Positions 8,668 through 18,204 of a stretch of 64,000 nt of DNA are shown piece by piece; positions within the stretch are counted from its first letter, which is position 1; each line of letters opens with the position of its first letter. The stretch spans positions 83,807 through 147,806 of the forward strand of contig DAHXLO010000036.1 of assembly GCA_027365955.1 (NCBI GenBank), read 5' to 3'. The stretch is from Rhodocyclaceae bacterium (GTDB taxonomy: Bacteria; Pseudomonadota; Gammaproteobacteria; Burkholderiales; Rhodocyclaceae). Both the position numbers and the translations under genes were made by a program. The notes under the pieces are model-generated. The model made no database searches. It saw only the letters and a list, made by a program, of their open reading frames with translations, and was not told the DNA's origin.

Positions 8668-9876
8668 CTACGTGGCAGCGACTTTCAGCAATACCTTCGT
8701 GAATGCTTCTGGTGCAAGGAGGAACGATTGGAAGCCATCAGCCCACACCGCCGCTTTGCCACGGGCATCCACAGTCCAGCCGTCGTCCGCTTTGAAGCGT
8801 GCTTCAGCGACGTTTACCAGATCGATGCCTAGTTCATGGAACAGCGCGATGTCACGATCTTCCAACTCGAAATGGATGGTGCTGTAGAAGTCCAGCGCCT
8901 CTCGCCCCCAATAGCCGACGTAGAGAATCGGCACGTCGGGTCTGGCACGCCGGGCAGCCTTCAGGAACGTGTTCAGATGGAGATCCGCTAGCCCGCTGCC
9001 TAGCACCAGAATCAGGTCTGCCTCCATGGCCTCCCGGTTGAGCGCCGAGTAGTAGAACGCATAGGGCGACTGCTGAAGGCGGCCGAGTTTGTCCAATCCG
9101 GTGATGATCGCGCCCCGCTCGACGTGGGTGCCATCCATCCTGTCAACGCCCGAGCCATTGAATCTGGCTTGCCGACGTGCCACGGCCTTGTCATCGAACC
9201 AAACGATGTCACCGATCTGATGCTCGCCGGGCACGGAGAATCCCATATGGACTGATCCGTGTAGATGGAACAAGGCCGGCTTGCCCCACTCCGCCCAGAA
9301 AGCCTTTCCGTCGAAGTCCGAGTGATCGCCATGTCGCTGCGTAAAGCCGGTGAAGTAGCGCCCTTGGGTCGCCTGGGCGACGAAATCATCGTAGTTGGTC
9401 GTGTACACGCGAGGGACGTACTGCTGCTCCAGCACCTCGAAGAACGCAGACAAGGGATTCAATGGTAGGGCTGGGTTGTCGCAGACTTCCGAGACCTTCG
9501 CATAGATGAAATCAAGCATCGCGCTGCAGGCGGCCTTGAGTGCTTGCTCAGGGTGCGTCACAGCGGTGCCCAGGAACGGATACATCACGGGTAGGAACTT
9601 GGGAACCGCGCCTTGCTTTGCGCGCAACTGGCTGAGTTCGTGCATGACGTGATAGATGCGCTCAAAGTGGGCTTCGGCCTCGCTGGCATAGTAGGTGCGC
9701 AACTTGTCTCGAATGTCGAAATAGACCTCCGTTCCTCCCACATGGGCACAGTATTTGTCGGCCTTGATGGCGTCATCGATAAGATTCCCGAATCCAATCG
9801 TAGCGGGGATGCCCAGCTCCACCGAGGCTCCGGCCCCCATCACGACCAATGCCCTCTGCTTACCGTTCTTGTTCAT
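8668..9876 (-). CDS. SIR2-like (SIR2_2) domain protein, putative NADase defence effector
   Basis: GAGAS, YTTNYD, HLHGS and LVLGSGLAD motifs. GAGG precedes ATG 9876 (alternative start 9888). Confidence 0.85.
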   Translation of the reverse strand: MNKNGKQRALVVMGAGASVELGIPATIGFGNLIDDAIKADKYCAHVGGTEVYFDIRDKLRTYYASEAEAHFERIYHVMHELSQLRAKQGAVPKFLPVMYPFLGTAVTHPEQALKAACSAMLDFIYAKVSEVCDNPALPLNPLSAFFEVLEQQYVPRVYTTNYDDFVAQATQGRYFTGFTQRHGDHSDFDGKAFWAEWGKPALFHLHGSVHMGFSVPGEHQIGDIVWFDDKAVARRQARFNGSGVDRMDGTHVERGAIITGLDKLGRLQQSPYAFYYSALNREAMEADLILVLGSGLADLHLNTFLKAARRARPDVPILYVGYWGREALDFYSTIHFELEDRDIALFHELGIDLVNVAEARFKADDGWTVDARGKAAVWADGFQSFLLAPEAFTKVLLKVAAT

Positions 9877-9935
9877 TACCCGCCTCATAAAGAGATCGAA
9901 GATAACCTAACAGAAGGCAGCCCCGAAGGGCCGTG

Positions 9936-9968
9936 GAAAGAAGCCGGCGACCCCGAGGGGCCGCCGGC
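9936..9968 (-). terminator. Intrinsic terminator after the ICE helicase
   Basis: Minus strand GCCGGCGGCCCCTCGGGGTCGCCGGC hairpin followed by TTCTTTC. Confidence 0.7.
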
Positions 9969-9981
9969 ATGAGCACATGGA

Positions 9982-12255
9982 TCAGACCGTGACAAGCTGC
10001 CGTGCCAGTGCCACCTCCACCGAGTCGCCGTCCTGATTCAGGACATCGAGCCCGGACTCCGGCACGTCGCCCGACGTGCTTTGCGACACCATGATCTTCC
10101 GGGCCATCAACCCCAGGCAGGTCATCTGCGAGGAGTTGGCGTAGCCGAGGTAGATCACGCGCACCGGCTGCTTCTGGCCGATGCGCCATGAGCGCCGCGC
10201 GGCCTGCTGCAACGAATACACGTTGTAGCCCGACTGGAGGAACACGATGGTCGGGAACTCCAGCAGGTCCAGGCCGGTTTTCACCAACTCGGGATTGGTG
10301 ATGAGCACGTCGATGCCACGGTCCAACTGCTCGGCGATCCAGTCCTCGCGGCGGGAGGCATCCACGCTCGCGCGCAGTACCGCCACCTTGAAGCCTTCCT
10401 GCTCCAGCAGCACCTTCAAACGCGACGTGGTGTCGCGCGTGCCGGTGTAGACCGAATAGACCAGGGTCTTGCGACCTTCTGCCTTCTCCTGCTTGCAGAT
10501 CTCGATCAGCTCGCGTTCCTTGGGCATCACCTCCAACTCGTTGAACTGAGCCGGCACGAACGCCAAGGTGTTGCGCGTGCGCGGATGCACCACGGTTTCC
10601 GACCGGAAGCAGCAGTCCGGCCAGGCCAGCAGCACGTTGAGGACCACGCCGAGCAGCGTCGTGTCGCGCTTCGCCAGGGCCTGCTTCAGCTCCTGGGTCA
10701 GGCGACCCGCCAGATCGCGGTAGGCCGCGGCCTGCGCCGTGTCCATCGCGACTTCGCGGAACTCCTCGTCGTAAGGCGGCAACACATTGCCGCCGATGTC
10801 CTTCAACTTGAGGAATACCGTGAACGGCAGGACGCACCGCAGTACGCCCTTGGGACCGAAACCCGGCGCCTTGACCGTGCGCACCGATACCTTGGTGCCC
10901 TTGGCCGTCTTGTGCGCCGTGCCCGTGCTCTCGGAATAGATGTCCTTGAGCACGCCGTGATCGCGCATGAACGCCATCGCGGCCGACGTCATGCTGCCGC
11001 TCTTCGTCGGACGGTAGCCGTCTTCGATCATCCGCCCCGGCAGGGCTCGGAACAGCAGGTGGAACAGGTCGTCGCCGTAGCCGCCCATCAGCGTTCCGGT
11101 GAGCAGCAAGGTCTTGCGCGACTTGGCCGCCAGCACGCCCATGGCCTGGCCCTGAGCGGAACCGCCGTTCTTGTACTCGTGCGCCTCGTCGGCGATGAGC
11201 AGGTCGAACGTGCCCTGGGGCAGGTAGCGCTTGATGAACTCGGACGGCTGGTAGCCGCCCTCGCCGAAGCCGAACTCCATGTTGGCCATCGCGCGCTCCA
11301 TGCGGTGGGCTTGCCGGTCCGAGAAGACCAGCTCGCCGTTGCCATCCATCAGGTTGATGAACTCGTGGATGTTGTCCCCGAGCATCGACGCGAGGAAGGC
11401 GTCACCGAACTTTTGCATCAGCTTCTGCGCGGTGACTTCCCCGATGGTTGGAATACGCTTCAGTGCCTTGAGCACGGTCGAGGACTGGTCGCTGGCGGAC
11501 AGGCCTCTGGGACGGATCAACGACCACAGCGGTGCACGGCAGTGGCTGCACTTGCGGCGGGACTCCTCGGCTTCCAGCTCGACCGGGTTGATCGGCTCGC
11601 CGTCGAGGTCGGTGATGACATGCCCGCAATCCGGGCAGGCCCCCACGTCGCCGTGAGGCGTGCGCCGCCGAACGAAGACAGGTTTCCAGTGGAACCCCAT
11701 CCGCATCCGCACGCGGCCCAGGACGAAGAACTCCTGGCCCTGGGCCGGCACGCCCAACTGCTCGCGCAGTTTCAGCAGCTTGACCAGCGTGTCCGGGCCA
11801 TTGAGTACCCAGACCTTGGCACCGGCCACCGTCTCCTGGATTTCGCGCCGCCACTTGTAGACCAGGTGGGGTGGCGAGAGCACCAGGGTGCGGCGGTAGC
11901 CTTCGGCGTTGAGCACGGCGGCCGTGGCGATGCCGACGGTCGTCTTGCCGCATCCCATCTCGCCGTTGACGATCGCGGCGCGTTCGCCGCGGTCGATCAG
12001 TAGCTCGGTGACGGCATGGACCACATCGGCTTGCGCCGGGAACAGCTTGCGCTTGAGCGTGGCGAGGATCAGTTGCCGATGCCCCCGCACCTGGCCGGTG
12101 TAGACCGGCGGATTGGCGCGGTTGAGCGAATCGAGCAGTTCGTTGCCGAACTCCGATACAAAGTCCTGCAGGCTGAGCGTGAGGGGTGAAGCGGCCGCCT
12201 CGAGCAGGTAGCCCTGCACAGCGGTTTCGGGAACGGTTTCGAGATCGAGGGACAT
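9982..12255 (-). CDS. Superfamily II (SNF2/DEAD-like) helicase of the ICE backbone
   Basis: GEMGCGKT, DEAH, LTGT and QAARRSWRIGQ motifs. Confidence 0.9.
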   Translation of the reverse strand: MSLDLETVPETAVQGYLLEAAASPLTLSLQDFVSEFGNELLDSLNRANPPVYTGQVRGHRQLILATLKRKLFPAQADVVHAVTELLIDRGERAAIVNGEMGCGKTTVGIATAAVLNAEGYRRTLVLSPPHLVYKWRREIQETVAGAKVWVLNGPDTLVKLLKLREQLGVPAQGQEFFVLGRVRMRMGFHWKPVFVRRRTPHGDVGACPDCGHVITDLDGEPINPVELEAEESRRKCSHCRAPLWSLIRPRGLSASDQSSTVLKALKRIPTIGEVTAQKLMQKFGDAFLASMLGDNIHEFINLMDGNGELVFSDRQAHRMERAMANMEFGFGEGGYQPSEFIKRYLPQGTFDLLIADEAHEYKNGGSAQGQAMGVLAAKSRKTLLLTGTLMGGYGDDLFHLLFRALPGRMIEDGYRPTKSGSMTSAAMAFMRDHGVLKDIYSESTGTAHKTAKGTKVSVRTVKAPGFGPKGVLRCVLPFTVFLKLKDIGGNVLPPYDEEFREVAMDTAQAAAYRDLAGRLTQELKQALAKRDTTLLGVVLNVLLAWPDCCFRSETVVHPRTRNTLAFVPAQFNELEVMPKERELIEICKQEKAEGRKTLVYSVYTGTRDTTSRLKVLLEQEGFKVAVLRASVDASRREDWIAEQLDRGIDVLITNPELVKTGLDLLEFPTIVFLQSGYNVYSLQQAARRSWRIGQKQPVRVIYLGYANSSQMTCLGLMARKIMVSQSTSGDVPESGLDVLNQDGDSVEVALARQLVTV

Positions 12256-12354
12256 GGTGATGCTCCAAGGCAATGGGGCATGCACCTCCCCCACGGGGCG
12301 GTGACATGCCCCTGGGTGGGAAGAAAGAAGCGGCGCGAGACCGCTGGATGCGGA

Positions 12355-12660
12355 TCAGTATTCGCTGGGCAGCAGCAGTGTGGTGACGCTGCGATCCCAT
12401 TCGGTGATGATCCAGAGCTTCAGGTCGCGCGTGACCTGGTAGGACGAGAACAGACGATCTTCGCCGGACTTCAGCGCGGCGTCGTTCTGCCGCCGATCGC
12501 TGTCGCTCAGGTCGCCCCAATCGCCATGAAGATGGCGGCGCAGGTACGGCGTGGGGTTGAGCCGGCCCTGTCGGACCAGTTCGTCGACGCCGGCGGTCAT
12601 GATCACCTGCCCGGGCGAAAAGCGTGCTTGTGACGCGAGGTTGAGGACTGCGAGTGCCAT
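12355..12660 (-). CDS. Small conserved ICE/plasmid protein
   Basis: RHLHGDWGDL..D...ND.AL..G.RLFSSY motif; AAGGAG upstream. Confidence 0.8.
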   Translation of the reverse strand: MALAVLNLASQARFSPGQVIMTAGVDELVRQGRLNPTPYLRRHLHGDWGDLSDSDRRQNDAALKSGEDRLFSSYQVTRDLKLWIITEWDRSVTTLLLPSEY

Positions 12661-12761
12661 GGTGGTATCTCCTTCTGGAAGAAGGGGCCACGGCACCCCA
12701 TCGGGGCAACGTGACCCCGGTGGGTGGATGAAAGCGACGACGAACCGTCAGGGAACAGCGA

Positions 12762-13871
12762 TCAGCGAATGGTCAGCACTTCGCCCCACGTGGGCGAGCC
12801 CAGCGTCAAATCCCATGCACGAATGACCGGCACGAACTTGTCGGTGAGGATGCGCGTCTCGGCCACGGAGCCGTCGTCGCGTTCGGTGTACTCCGTCTGG
12901 AGGGTCTTCTCCTTGTGGGTATCACCTTTGACGACGAGCACGCGCCCGCTCTTGGACTTCACCACGCCGGAGATCGCGCCTGCGGCCAGAGCCAGGGCGA
13001 GATGCCAGTGCGACAAGGCCCGCGCGGGCGGACGCAGCGACTGCTGAGCGGCGCCCAGGTGGGTATCGAGCGCCGGCCAGAGTCCTTGCAGCCGGCCGAC
13101 TTCATCGGCGAACTGCTCGGGCTCCATCGTCACGCGATAGAAGTGCTCCGGCTCGGCCGGGCTGGCAGGGACGGTGTACGGCAGGAACGGCCATTCGGGC
13201 GGCAGCTCCTCGGCTTCGGCGTCACCCTGTCCGATCTGCAGCAGCAGACCGCGCAAGGACTTGGCCGACTCCGACGCCTGGTCGCGTTGACGAATCCTGC
13301 GACCGAAGATCACCACCTGCTTGAACTGCGTTTCCACCGCACGGTAGATGCGCAGGTCGGCGAAGTGGCGCGTCAGCCATCCGACCAGCTCGGCGTCGAG
13401 CACGTAGGACGGCACGATGAAGATCAGCACGCCGCCGTACTGCAGCAGCGGCAGCGCGCGCTGATAGAAGAGCTTTTCCAGCCGCGCACGGCCCTGGCCC
13501 TGATAGCCGATGTTGCCGTTCACGTCCTTGCTCAGGTCGCCATACGGCGGGTTCAGCCACAGCAGCCCGAAGGACTGGCGCGAGATCAGCGTGTCCATCA
13601 GATCACCTTGGATGCAGCGATCGACAAGTTGCCGTGCGTGGCGGGCACGCTCGGCGTCGTACTCGACGGCGAAGGCCTGGACCTGCTCGCGCCCGAGGGC
13701 GTGGGCGGCTTCGGCAATCGCCACGCCTTCGCCGGCGCAGGGATCGAGGAGGGACATGGAGCCGGGAGACGGCACCAGTGCGGACAAGGCCCGCTCCAGC
13801 GTCGGCTCGTCGGTGGGGAAGTAGCCGTTACGGATGAAATTGCGCGCCAGGCGCGGAAACATGAGTGCCAT
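12762..13871 (-). CDS. SAM-dependent methyltransferase (DUF6094-like), probable orphan DNA adenine methylase
   Basis: Motif I LLDPCAGEG and motif IV WLNPPY; CAGGAG upstream of ATG 13871. Confidence 0.85.
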   Translation of the reverse strand: MALMFPRLARNFIRNGYFPTDEPTLERALSALVPSPGSMSLLDPCAGEGVAIAEAAHALGREQVQAFAVEYDAERARHARQLVDRCIQGDLMDTLISRQSFGLLWLNPPYGDLSKDVNGNIGYQGQGRARLEKLFYQRALPLLQYGGVLIFIVPSYVLDAELVGWLTRHFADLRIYRAVETQFKQVVIFGRRIRQRDQASESAKSLRGLLLQIGQGDAEAEELPPEWPFLPYTVPASPAEPEHFYRVTMEPEQFADEVGRLQGLWPALDTHLGAAQQSLRPPARALSHWHLALALAAGAISGVVKSKSGRVLVVKGDTHKEKTLQTEYTERDDGSVAETRILTDKFVPVIRAWDLTLGSPTWGEVLTIR

Positions 13872-13936
13872 GGATTTCTCCTGGTGATGGATGAGGGAAG
13901 GCGGGCACGCGCGGCGCGCATGCCCGTGGGGATGGC

Positions 13937-14587
13937 TCACGCCACACGCCGAAGCGGTGCGTTCGCGGCCAGTTCGTACTGCGTGGCGCCAAGGGTGCCG
14001 TTGCGGATCAGCTCGCCCAACGCCTTCGTCAGCGCCGGGACATCGAGGGCCAGCCGATGGCCTTCCAGCGGCCCGAGGGCCAAGGGAAGACCGGTCAGCA
14101 TCCGCCGTGTCTGCAACAGCTCCAGCACGGTGTCGCGCCAGTGGTCGAGCAGTGGCAGCGGGCAGGTGTCCTGCACCAGCGTCCACAGCCGGTCGAGCCG
14201 GTGAGCGGAATCCCTGGGCAGAAGCGCCAGCGCGCTGGCGTTGGCCTTGTCTGGCTTCACGCAGCGACGATCGAACAGCCACACGTTCGTCAGCGAACCG
14301 AACAGCGTTCGCCGATAGGCGCGGGTGATGCGCTTTTCCAGGTTCTCGACGTTGCCGACGAAGACCGAGATGGATGCGCCCTGCTCGGTGATGACGTGGA
14401 ACTGATCCAGTCCCTGTTCGTCCCGGCCGAGGGTCAGGCGGGCGAGGAACTCCTGAACGGCGGTGTCGCGCGCCCAGATCGAGAGAAAGACGAGATTGCC
14501 CTGCTCGTCACCGACGCAACCGTCAGCCATGAGGTCGGGGCATTCGTCGATGCGGTACAGCGGTTTCGCGGAAGAAGGTGCAGGCAT
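13937..14587 (-). CDS. Conserved hypothetical ICE protein
   Basis: 216-aa ORF with GAGG RBS, in the backbone gene run. Confidence 0.75.
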   Translation of the reverse strand: MPAPSSAKPLYRIDECPDLMADGCVGDEQGNLVFLSIWARDTAVQEFLARLTLGRDEQGLDQFHVITEQGASISVFVGNVENLEKRITRAYRRTLFGSLTNVWLFDRRCVKPDKANASALALLPRDSAHRLDRLWTLVQDTCPLPLLDHWRDTVLELLQTRRMLTGLPLALGPLEGHRLALDVPALTKALGELIRNGTLGATQYELAANAPLRRVA

Positions 14588-14671
14588 GGTGATGTCCTCT
14601 TGGAAAAGAAGGAGCAACCACAGCCCGCGGGGCCGTGCTCGCCCCGGTTGGGTGAAGGAAGATGCGTGCCG

Positions 14672-15036
14672 CTAGACAGCGCGCCCCGCGTGGAAGCGGT
14701 GAACCCGCTCGCGCCACTCGGAGCTTTGCACCGGCGCCATGTCGAGATAGCGCAGCGGCACGAGTAGTAGTACGGATGCACGGACTCATCGAGGGACTTG
14801 TAGCCCCAATCGCCGCCCGAGCTTTCCAGAAGATGGCAGCCGATGTAGCAGACGGACTCACCGGCCGCGAGGCCCATGACGCCCGCCTGCCTGGCGGTGA
14901 CGCGAACCACGGTCCACAGAACGTCGCCGTCCAGTGTGTGGTCGATGACTTCGCAGCAAGCGCGTTCGGACGCCTGCGGAGCGAGCAGCTCGCGGATCAA
15001 CTGATCGCGCGTCTGACGAACGAAGGTCCAGCCCAT
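14672..15036 (-). pseudogene. Frameshifted conserved ICE hypothetical gene (1-bp deletion near 14757)
   Basis: MGWTF...HPYYYSC continues as PLRYLDMAP..EWRERV in another frame. The span is 365 nt, one base short of 122 codons. Confidence 0.75.
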
Positions 15037-15125
15037 GAGGGTCTCCTTGAAGCAAAGGCCGGAGCCCTCCCCGTCGGGGGAGAACCCCGGCGGGTGGCGG
15101 AATGCCGCGTAAGGCGGCGGATGGA

Positions 15126-15737
15126 TCAGGCAGCTTTGAGGTGCCAGTCCTGGGACAACGGAGCGAACTCGTAGCCGAGCTTGTCGAGACGGTCGCGCTG
15201 CTGACGCAGCACACGACGATCCACGGTCGCATCGAGCTTCACGGTCTCGCCCAGGGGCCACAAGGCACCAAACAGCACCGCGTCGTCTGCCTCGGCCGAG
15301 GCCGCAGCGGACACGGGAGCCGATTCGCTGCCGAACGGCGTGGTATCGACCAGGGGATCACGCGGACTGCGCGACTTCGCCTTCGGCTTGGCCGGGGGCG
15401 TTGCCGGCGCGGGCGTCTGCGCTTCCTCGTCGATCGGATCGACTTCCTGCGGACTCAGCCGGCGGGCCTCGTCGCGGCTCAGGGCGTCGATGTTGGACAG
15501 TGTCATCCCGCCCAGATGGGCGCGGATCTCGATGACCATGCGGCCGTTGGCGTTGTACGTGGAGGGGCGAATCTCGACGATGACGAAATCACCGTCGTAC
15601 TTGCCCTCGCGGTACTGATCGAGTTCGGCGTTCTTCACGACGAACTCGCCGATCGAGGTCGCCAGGCGGCCGACGTTGAAGTCGCCGTTCCTGCCGTGGA
15701 TGGTCTTGATGGCCAGTTGGCCGGGGATGGTGATCAT
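15126..15737 (-). CDS. DUF3275-like ICE protein
   Basis: MITIPGQLAIKTIHGRNGDFNVGRL N-terminus; CAGGAG RBS. Confidence 0.8.
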   Translation of the reverse strand: MITIPGQLAIKTIHGRNGDFNVGRLATSIGEFVVKNAELDQYREGKYDGDFVIVEIRPSTYNANGRMVIEIRAHLGGMTLSNIDALSRDEARRLSPQEVDPIDEEAQTPAPATPPAKPKAKSRSPRDPLVDTTPFGSESAPVSAAASAEADDAVLFGALWPLGETVKLDATVDRRVLRQQRDRLDKLGYEFAPLSQDWHLKAA

Positions 15738-15792
15738 GAAGGTCTCCTGCTGACGAAGAGAAGACAAGGCCCCGGGGATGGGGCCTTGCGGA

Positions 15793-16344
15793 TCAGAACG
15801 ACTCGGCAACGGCCAATGCGGGGGCATCGGCAGCGTCGTCGGCAGCATCGGCGTCGGGCTTGGAAGGCTCCGGTGCCGAGGCTTGCTGCGCGGCGGGCGC
15901 GTCGGACGTCACAGGGACTTCCGGGTCGCGCTCGTCGGTCTCGGTCGGCTTGGGTTCGGCCTTGTAGACGAGCTTGCCGTCGACCTTGATCCAACTGACG
16001 AACAGCAGGCGGGCCTTGAGGCTCACCCCCTGCTCGCCGGCACGCTTGCCCTTGGAGTAGGTGAAGGTGTCGGCCCACAGGTCGCCCAGGCGGAAGCCGA
16101 TCATCACCTTCTTCTCGGCGTCGACCGCCTGAATGCAGCGGCGCACCAGGTGCTGCGCTTCCGAACCCGATACGCGCGTGTCGAAACGCACATACGAGAC
16201 GTCATCGCTGGGACCGTTCAGAGCCGCGATGTCGCAGGCCAGGAACGCATCGCCTTTCTTGGGCTTCACTTCGCGGATGCGATTGAGATACCCGAGGCCG
16301 GTGATGTGCAGATCGAAGTAGGACTTTTCGGTGGAAGTGGTCAT
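15793..16344 (-). CDS. DUF3577 (STY4534-like) ICE protein
   Basis: YFDLHITGLGYLNRIREV N-terminus; CAGGAG RBS. Confidence 0.82.
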   Translation of the reverse strand: MTTSTEKSYFDLHITGLGYLNRIREVKPKKGDAFLACDIAALNGPSDDVSYVRFDTRVSGSEAQHLVRRCIQAVDAEKKVMIGFRLGDLWADTFTYSKGKRAGEQGVSLKARLLFVSWIKVDGKLVYKAEPKPTETDERDPEVPVTSDAPAAQQASAPEPSKPDADAADDAADAPALAVAESF

Positions 16345-16497
16345 GGTGAATCTCCTGAGAACAATGAGGCGGAGACACACCCGACCCAAGGCGGGGAAGG
16401 TGTGGAACCCCCGCGTGGGTTGATGGAACAGCTTGGTGGCATCGCCATCGAGAACCGATGGCCGTTCGCGCATGGATGCCGGTGCGAACTGGGGTGA

Positions 16498-16570
16498 TCA
16501 ACGCGGTCGGAACCGCATCGCAGCCTTGAAGATCGTGGCTGCCTGGGCATGTCGCTGACGGACGTCAGCG
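16498..16570 (-). repeat. Family B three-hairpin element, copy 1
   Basis: CAACGCGGTCGGAACCGCATCGCAGCCTTGAAGATCGTGGCTGCCTGGGCATGTCGCTGACGGACGTCAGC; aligns with the copies at 18026 and 19960. Confidence 0.8.
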
Positions 16571-16649
16571 GAACATGGGCGGAAGCGTGGCGCCGGGGCG
16601 GCGCGCATGCGAGCGGTAATTGGCACTCGCGGCTGTCCGCATTGCCGGG

Positions 16650-16676
16650 AAGAAAGAGGCCCCCGGAGCGGGGGCC
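16650..16676 (-). terminator. Intrinsic terminator after the DUF3085 gene
   Basis: Minus strand GGCCCCC-loop-GGGGGCC followed by TCTTTCTT. Confidence 0.7.
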
Positions 16677-16688
16677 AGGGATGGGCGG

Positions 16689-17054
16689 TCAGTTACCGCT
16701 GGGCGCGGAAGGAACCGCCTGCAGCGACAGGTGTGTCGCGGTGGCGGACACGTCGAGATCGTCCTCGCTGTGCAGGATGCACGCAAACACGCCCTCCTTC
16801 GGATCGAAGAACTCGCCAAAGTCATCGCCGCCGAACTCGGCGCGCGCCAGCTCCCACCAGTCATCGAACGCATCGACATCCGGGTTGCAGCCAGCGGCAT
16901 AGGCGATGGTCTTCTGGCGACCATCGGGTCGGCGCTCGCCGCGCTCGGCCAGGAAGTACACGCCCTGATCCTTGACCAGGATGACGCGGCATTGATTCGC
17001 CACCGCTTCGGCGAGCACGGGCCGCAGCTCCGTGCCTTTGAATCGAACAGTCAT
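16689..17054 (-). CDS. DUF3085-like protein
   Basis: LVKDQGVYFL, YAAGCNP and FGGDDFGE motifs. Confidence 0.82.
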   Translation of the reverse strand: MTVRFKGTELRPVLAEAVANQCRVILVKDQGVYFLAERGERRPDGRQKTIAYAAGCNPDVDAFDDWWELARAEFGGDDFGEFFDPKEGVFACILHSEDDLDVSATATHLSLQAVPSAPSGN

Positions 17055-17120
17055 GGGTGTGATCTCCAGGGATGCAGGAAGAGAGGCTTCCCGCCGCGAA
17101 GGCGGGAAGCTGCTGGGAGA

Positions 17121-17921
17121 TCAGTGCCGGACAGCCTTGCGACCCGACAACAGGCACTGCACTCGGATGCGGCGCCAGCTCCCGTCGTCGATCAGCCGTT
17201 CCAGCGTCTCGCCGAGGGTGTCGAAGAACACCTCATCGACCCGTTCAATCAGCTCGCCGTCGCGGCGCAGCTCCACCGCGTAGAGGTCGAGGCCACGCTC
17301 ATACAGCACGGTGACGCAACCCTGGAACTTCGTCGTGGCGACGGTGAAGCCGATGGCCGGCGGCGTGCGGATGATGTCGGCGGGCAGCGGATCGACCCAG
17401 GTGATGTCCCGCGCACCGGCATCCACCAGCATGTGGGTGATGCGCCGGAAGCCGTCGGGAGCGGGCAACTGCTCCAGTTGGTCGATCAGTTCCTGCAGCT
17501 CGGGGCAGCGCGGCTCGGGGATCGGCAGCTTCGCCGGTGCGGAACCGAGCACGAACCGCTTCACCGTGTAGGGCTGGCCGTCGGCGGTGAACTCGGTCTG
17601 CTCCTCGGGCGTGTCCGCCCGCTGACCGTCGAAGGGGCGTCTGACATAGGGTTCGACCTGCACCTTGGCGCCCTCGTCGGGCACCTCGGTCACGAGCGTT
17701 CGATCGAGCACCGCGAACTCGGCTCGTCCCGTCTTGACGACGATGGCCTCGTCGGTGGTGGCGATGACCTTGCCCTCGAAAGGCTTCGGGTCAATGTGAA
17801 AGCCCAGCGTCGAAACCTTGGGCTGGCCGTCGAAGATGTTGAACTTGAACGAACGGACGTTGGAAGGCACATGACCGACAACGAGCGTCGGCATCTGTGC
17901 GCGGATGGCTTGGGTATCCAT
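17121..17921 (-). CDS. Conserved hypothetical ICE protein
   Basis: 266-aa ORF starting MDTQAIRAQMP with AAGGAG RBS. Confidence 0.78.
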   Translation of the reverse strand: MDTQAIRAQMPTLVVGHVPSNVRSFKFNIFDGQPKVSTLGFHIDPKPFEGKVIATTDEAIVVKTGRAEFAVLDRTLVTEVPDEGAKVQVEPYVRRPFDGQRADTPEEQTEFTADGQPYTVKRFVLGSAPAKLPIPEPRCPELQELIDQLEQLPAPDGFRRITHMLVDAGARDITWVDPLPADIIRTPPAIGFTVATTKFQGCVTVLYERGLDLYAVELRRDGELIERVDEVFFDTLGETLERLIDDGSWRRIRVQCLLSGRKAVRH

Positions 17922-18025
17922 GGGGAGACTCCTTGTGGCAACCAAGGGACTCCCGCCCGCAAGGGAGGTCTGTCCCTTGAGGGTGAGGTGGATGGACGCG
18001 GGTGCGCCCGGAGAACGAAACAACC

Positions 18026-18092
18026 AGCACGGCGAACCGCGCCGCAGTCTCGAAGGTCTCGACTGCCTGGGCATGCTGCCGGCAACGCCAGC
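18026..18092 (-). repeat. Family B three-hairpin element, copy 2 (most diverged)
   Basis: GGCGAACCGCGCCGCAGTCTCGAAGGTCTCGACTGCCTGGGCATGCTGCCGGCAACGCCAGC. Confidence 0.72.
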
Positions 18093-18170
18093 GAACATGC
18101 GGCCAGCGTGCGGCACATGACGGCGGCCGTCCGCCTGGAATCGGCAACGCGCCGGCACCGCGTTCCGCGG

Positions 18171-18195
18171 AAAAGAAGAGCCCCGCACGGGGCTC
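18171..18195 (-). terminator. Intrinsic terminator after the 18205-18921 gene
   Basis: Minus strand GAGCCCC-GTGC-GGGGCTC followed by TTCTTTT. Confidence 0.72.
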
Positions 18196-18204
18196 AAGAG
18201 GGGG

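Noticed and set aside
8668-9876. Assignment of the SIR2 gene to Thoeris, SIR2-HerA, DSR or short-Argonaute systems
   Set aside because: No TIR, HerA or Argonaute gene is adjacent, and the protein is much shorter than DSR proteins.
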